From Picochlorum sp. SENEW3 (lineage: Eukaryota): a stretch of DNA of 64,000 bases. The notes beneath the pieces were generated by a model. The model saw nothing but the letters and a program-made list of their open reading frames with translations, made no database searches and had not been told where the DNA came from. Both the position numbers and the translations under genes were made by a program. This document shows, in pieces, positions 61,142 through 64,000 of the stretch. The stretch lies in contig CP120461.1 in the NCBI GenBank assembly GCA_034226945.1, forward strand, positions 186,001 through 250,000, read 5' to 3'. Numbering within the stretch: the first letter of the stretch is position 1; every line of letters begins with the position of its first letter.

Positions 61142-62104
61142 TTAGGATTGGTCTTGCTGATCTTCAGCAGCAATGCTGATCTGTGGTTGCAATTGCTGGC
61201 TTCTCTCCGCATTTCTTCGAGCATTTCGTTTTGCTCGCCTCCCAAACCCAGATGGACTACTTCCAAGAATGGACTGTGCACAGCTAGGGCTGCTGCCACA
61301 CGACGCATCACTGAATGATGACCCTGTTATACATATCTTGCGGCCTCCTCCAACAGTGTGTGGTGAATTCACCTTTGGATGCAACGTATTATTATTTGGG
61401 GTCTTAATTTGGATCGCATTCGATACATCTGATCGCATTTCTTTGATCGATGCCTTCACTTTGCCCTTATTCTTGGCCTTTTTCTTGGATCCACTTCCGC
61501 TCGCACCAGAGTTCTTCACAGGGCGAGCCTGACGATGCCCCCCTGAAATGAACCCTCCTTGACCAAACCGGCGATTCCCCAACACAATACGAGCTTTACC
61601 AGCAGCTGATGAGAAGTAAAACGCCTCCATTTCCTCATCTTCTTTCCAATATGCATCATCATCAAAGTCATCCATCCATGCAGTATCATCTGCAGCTCGT
61701 GCATCTTCCAACAATGCCTGACTTGCATCATTCTGACTCGCTCGAATCCAGTCTTCAAACCAATGCGCTCGTCTCAGTAACACTACACTTTCTTCCATAG
61801 GAAAATCATTCAGCGACCCATCCAATCCTCTGTATGTCAGCAGGTATGAAAAAGGCTGTTTGCAGGTGGGACAGAATGTCTTCTCCTTGTGCAGTGTCCA
61901 CTGCAATATACAATACGCGCAATACATATGATCACAGCCCTTGACCATGGCTACATCCTCCAAGGGAATATCGCACAGACAAATAGCGCAGAGCAGGTCA
62001 CCAGATTCAGACTCCTGCTCCTTTCCCTTGTGGTCACATGAATCTGCCGAGTCTTGCAACTCAACGTCATCAAATCGGCCAATGATGTCGTCAATGTCCT
62101 CCAT
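61142..62104 (-). CDS. C3HC4 RING-finger protein of a green-plant conserved family
   Basis: CAIC...GCDHMYCAYCILQW...CPTCKQPF, LDGSLNDFPMEESVVLLRRAHWF, GNRRFGQGGFISGG. Confidence 0.88.
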   Translation of the reverse strand: MEDIDDIIGRFDDVELQDSADSCDHKGKEQESESGDLLCAICLCDIPLEDVAMVKGCDHMYCAYCILQWTLHKEKTFCPTCKQPFSYLLTYRGLDGSLNDFPMEESVVLLRRAHWFEDWIRASQNDASQALLEDARAADDTAWMDDFDDDAYWKEDEEMEAFYFSSAAGKARIVLGNRRFGQGGFISGGHRQARPVKNSGASGSGSKKKAKNKGKVKASIKEMRSDVSNAIQIKTPNNNTLHPKVNSPHTVGGGRKICITGSSFSDASCGSSPSCAQSILGSSPSGFGRRAKRNARRNAERSQQLQPQISIAAEDQQDQS

Positions 62105-62840
62105 ATTGAAAATACTGGTATTCAGGGATATAATGCGTCGTGTACAACCCAGAACGACCGATCATCTATAAGATGCTCGGACCAGACAACCAACAACAAC
62201 ACCTCCTGGCTAGATACCTACCGAGTCCTCCCGCCAATATGTTCCTTGTCGTCGCCACCTGCGTATGGCATTTCAGTTCAAAATAAATTCAATTCGATCG
62301 ACATGGATCCGTTGAACACAGCAAGAGCGACAAGGCAGCTGTTGTTGTTTCGACGACCAACGACCACCAACCCGTCTGGGTCAATCAAGGCACAACGCAC
62401 CTCTCTTTGTACAATGCTACTCTCAAATCAATAAAAAGGTCTAATTGGATAAAATACTTTGCCTTGGACACTCGTATACGCACGTGCTACTCAGAGAAGG
62501 ATTAAAACGTCTCTACGACAACGCAACAGACAAAAAGCGCCAACAGTTACGTCGTTTTCGTTAAACTGAACTTGTATAGGTGTATGTAATGTCAGAACAT
62601 TATATCTATGCCATGAGCATGGCTGTATATGGAGGTTTGTACGACTGGTGGAAACCCTGATCCACAATAACGGGTTAGAGATCCGGTCAAATACCTCGTG
62701 CGATGGGGGTGATGAGAGCCTTTCATCCGACGCGTGGCTGTCCTAGCCATTCAGAAAAAAGTGCCTTGATATTGCCACCTATCCGACGGATGAATCCATG
62801 GCACAAGCCATCCAGCCAACTTCACTCAGAGAGGATGAAA

Positions 62841-63899
62841 TCAGCTGGCTTTCTGTAGAACCGACATGTACATAGGGCCCCATCCGAAATGGTCATCTGG
62901 CATAGCCATCCACCCATGTCTGGTAGGTGTCACGTGTCCCATGGCAATAGATGACTGCTGATGTCGAACGGGTATGGCTCTAGCGATACGGGCAATATTC
63001 TCTTCATGGGATACAACGTGAACACCAGAGACTTTTGCGCATACCTTGTCAATCACACCGTCGTTTTGCTTTTCATTATCCAGAGAACATGTTGAGTACA
63101 CAAGTCGCCCATTATCCTTCAGGCTCTGTATTCCAGCCATGACCATGCGCACCTGCAGTGCTGCCATTCGTTTACATCGTGCTATAGACCAACTATCCTT
63201 TTGTATTCCTGCAATGCCCGTCGCACTCTGACCGAGGACGTGTCGCTCGTGTGTACAGGGAGCATCAATCAAAATTCTATCAAACAGCCTTCTGGATCCT
63301 CTTCTTCTCCATTCGACCTTTTTTTCTGCCGGCCGTCCCGTCACCATAATACGTCGAGAATCCATATACGAGGATCCAAAATAGGATGCCAGAACAGCCT
63401 GCAGCTTCTGCCGCCGTTTTGCACTAGGTTCATTGCATGTCAGGCTTCCGTGTGTTATGCCGTCATGCCTGAAAAGCATACGCCCAAGAATCCATGCTTT
63501 TCCACCAGGTGCAGCACATGCATCTAATACATCATGTCCATGTTGAACATCGAGCATTAAAGGCGGGATCAGGGATGCCATGTCCATCCAATACCATGCC
63601 AAAGTACCACTTGAGGTTCGAGGGGGCGGTGGCAGGAATACGTCCTTCTCCTCCTTAAGCGTGACCATGCCTGATGGAACGATCAGCTGTATATCCTCAT
63701 GATGAGATCCTTGGGGCCACCCGGTACCAAGAAGCTCCACTCCCGGAGTTCTTTCTACGAGCTCGACGGCATCACTGTTGTTCAGGAGGACACCAACAGC
63801 AGCAGCTGTCCTCGAGCGTGAGAGACCTGTCAGAATCTTCGCCCACCGTTGGGGCCCATATTGTCCAATGAAATACGATTCGAATGCCGACAACACCAT
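62841..63899 (-). CDS. NOL1/NOP2/Sun-family RNA m5C methyltransferase (NSUN3/4-like); 5' end may extend upstream
   Basis: MDMASLIP, VLDACAAPGGK, FDRILIDAPCT, LVYSTCSL, WGPMY. Confidence 0.9.
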   Translation of the reverse strand: MVLSAFESYFIGQYGPQRWAKILTGLSRSRTAAAVGVLLNNSDAVELVERTPGVELLGTGWPQGSHHEDIQLIVPSGMVTLKEEKDVFLPPPPRTSSGTLAWYWMDMASLIPPLMLDVQHGHDVLDACAAPGGKAWILGRMLFRHDGITHGSLTCNEPSAKRRQKLQAVLASYFGSSYMDSRRIMVTGRPAEKKVEWRRRGSRRLFDRILIDAPCTHERHVLGQSATGIAGIQKDSWSIARCKRMAALQVRMVMAGIQSLKDNGRLVYSTCSLDNEKQNDGVIDKVCAKVSGVHVVSHEENIARIARAIPVRHQQSSIAMGHVTPTRHGWMAMPDDHFGWGPMYMSVLQKAS

Positions 63900-64000
63900 G
63901 GAGATTCCAGATTGCCGCAGTATTTTTCACATTTTCAAATCTACCTATTTTATGTGGACCTGAACTTGAAAACCAAAATAATTCAAGGATTGGCTCGCGT

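Noticed and set aside
62690..62840. GTGATGA box and tttcatcc/ggatgaaa inverted repeat as an ncRNA
   Set aside because: No convincing box D with terminal stem; probably the NSUN 3' UTR.

Overview
Gene-dense eukaryotic nuclear DNA with few, short GT-AG introns and green-lineage genes (MLO, ACD11-like, nuclear-encoded plastid ClpP). It is most consistent with a compact green alga such as Picochlorum (inference, not a database match). Housekeeping genes are separase (3' end), two E2 enzymes, XPB, importin-7/8, a DHHC acyltransferase, eIF3a, an Orn/Lys/Arg decarboxylase, ClpP, fibrillarin, a RING protein and an NSUN methyltransferase. They surround three accessory zones. (1) 4-17 kb: a cell-surface cluster with three expansin-like genes, MLO, two GLTP-fold genes and a GIN/DUF2807-like protein. 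(2) 20.5-40.7 kb: an A-X-A-X-A amplification, where an 829-bp target segment occurs three times around two copies of a 5.1-kb mosaic insert. The insert carries an unrecognised secreted tandem-domain protein, a pogo relic and a transposon end. Two domain-shuffled FN3/beta-propeller paralogs follow it. (3) 51-58.3 kb: an ABCG relic and a CACTA/EnSpm-like transposon with a divergent second gene. Other signals are dense clusters of short perfect palindromes, a templated inverted filler at a rearrangement junction, and a candidate C/D snoRNA in a fibrillarin intron. Several frameshifts are 1-nt homopolymer indels and may be sequencing errors. All family calls come from motif recognition by eye; no searches were run.
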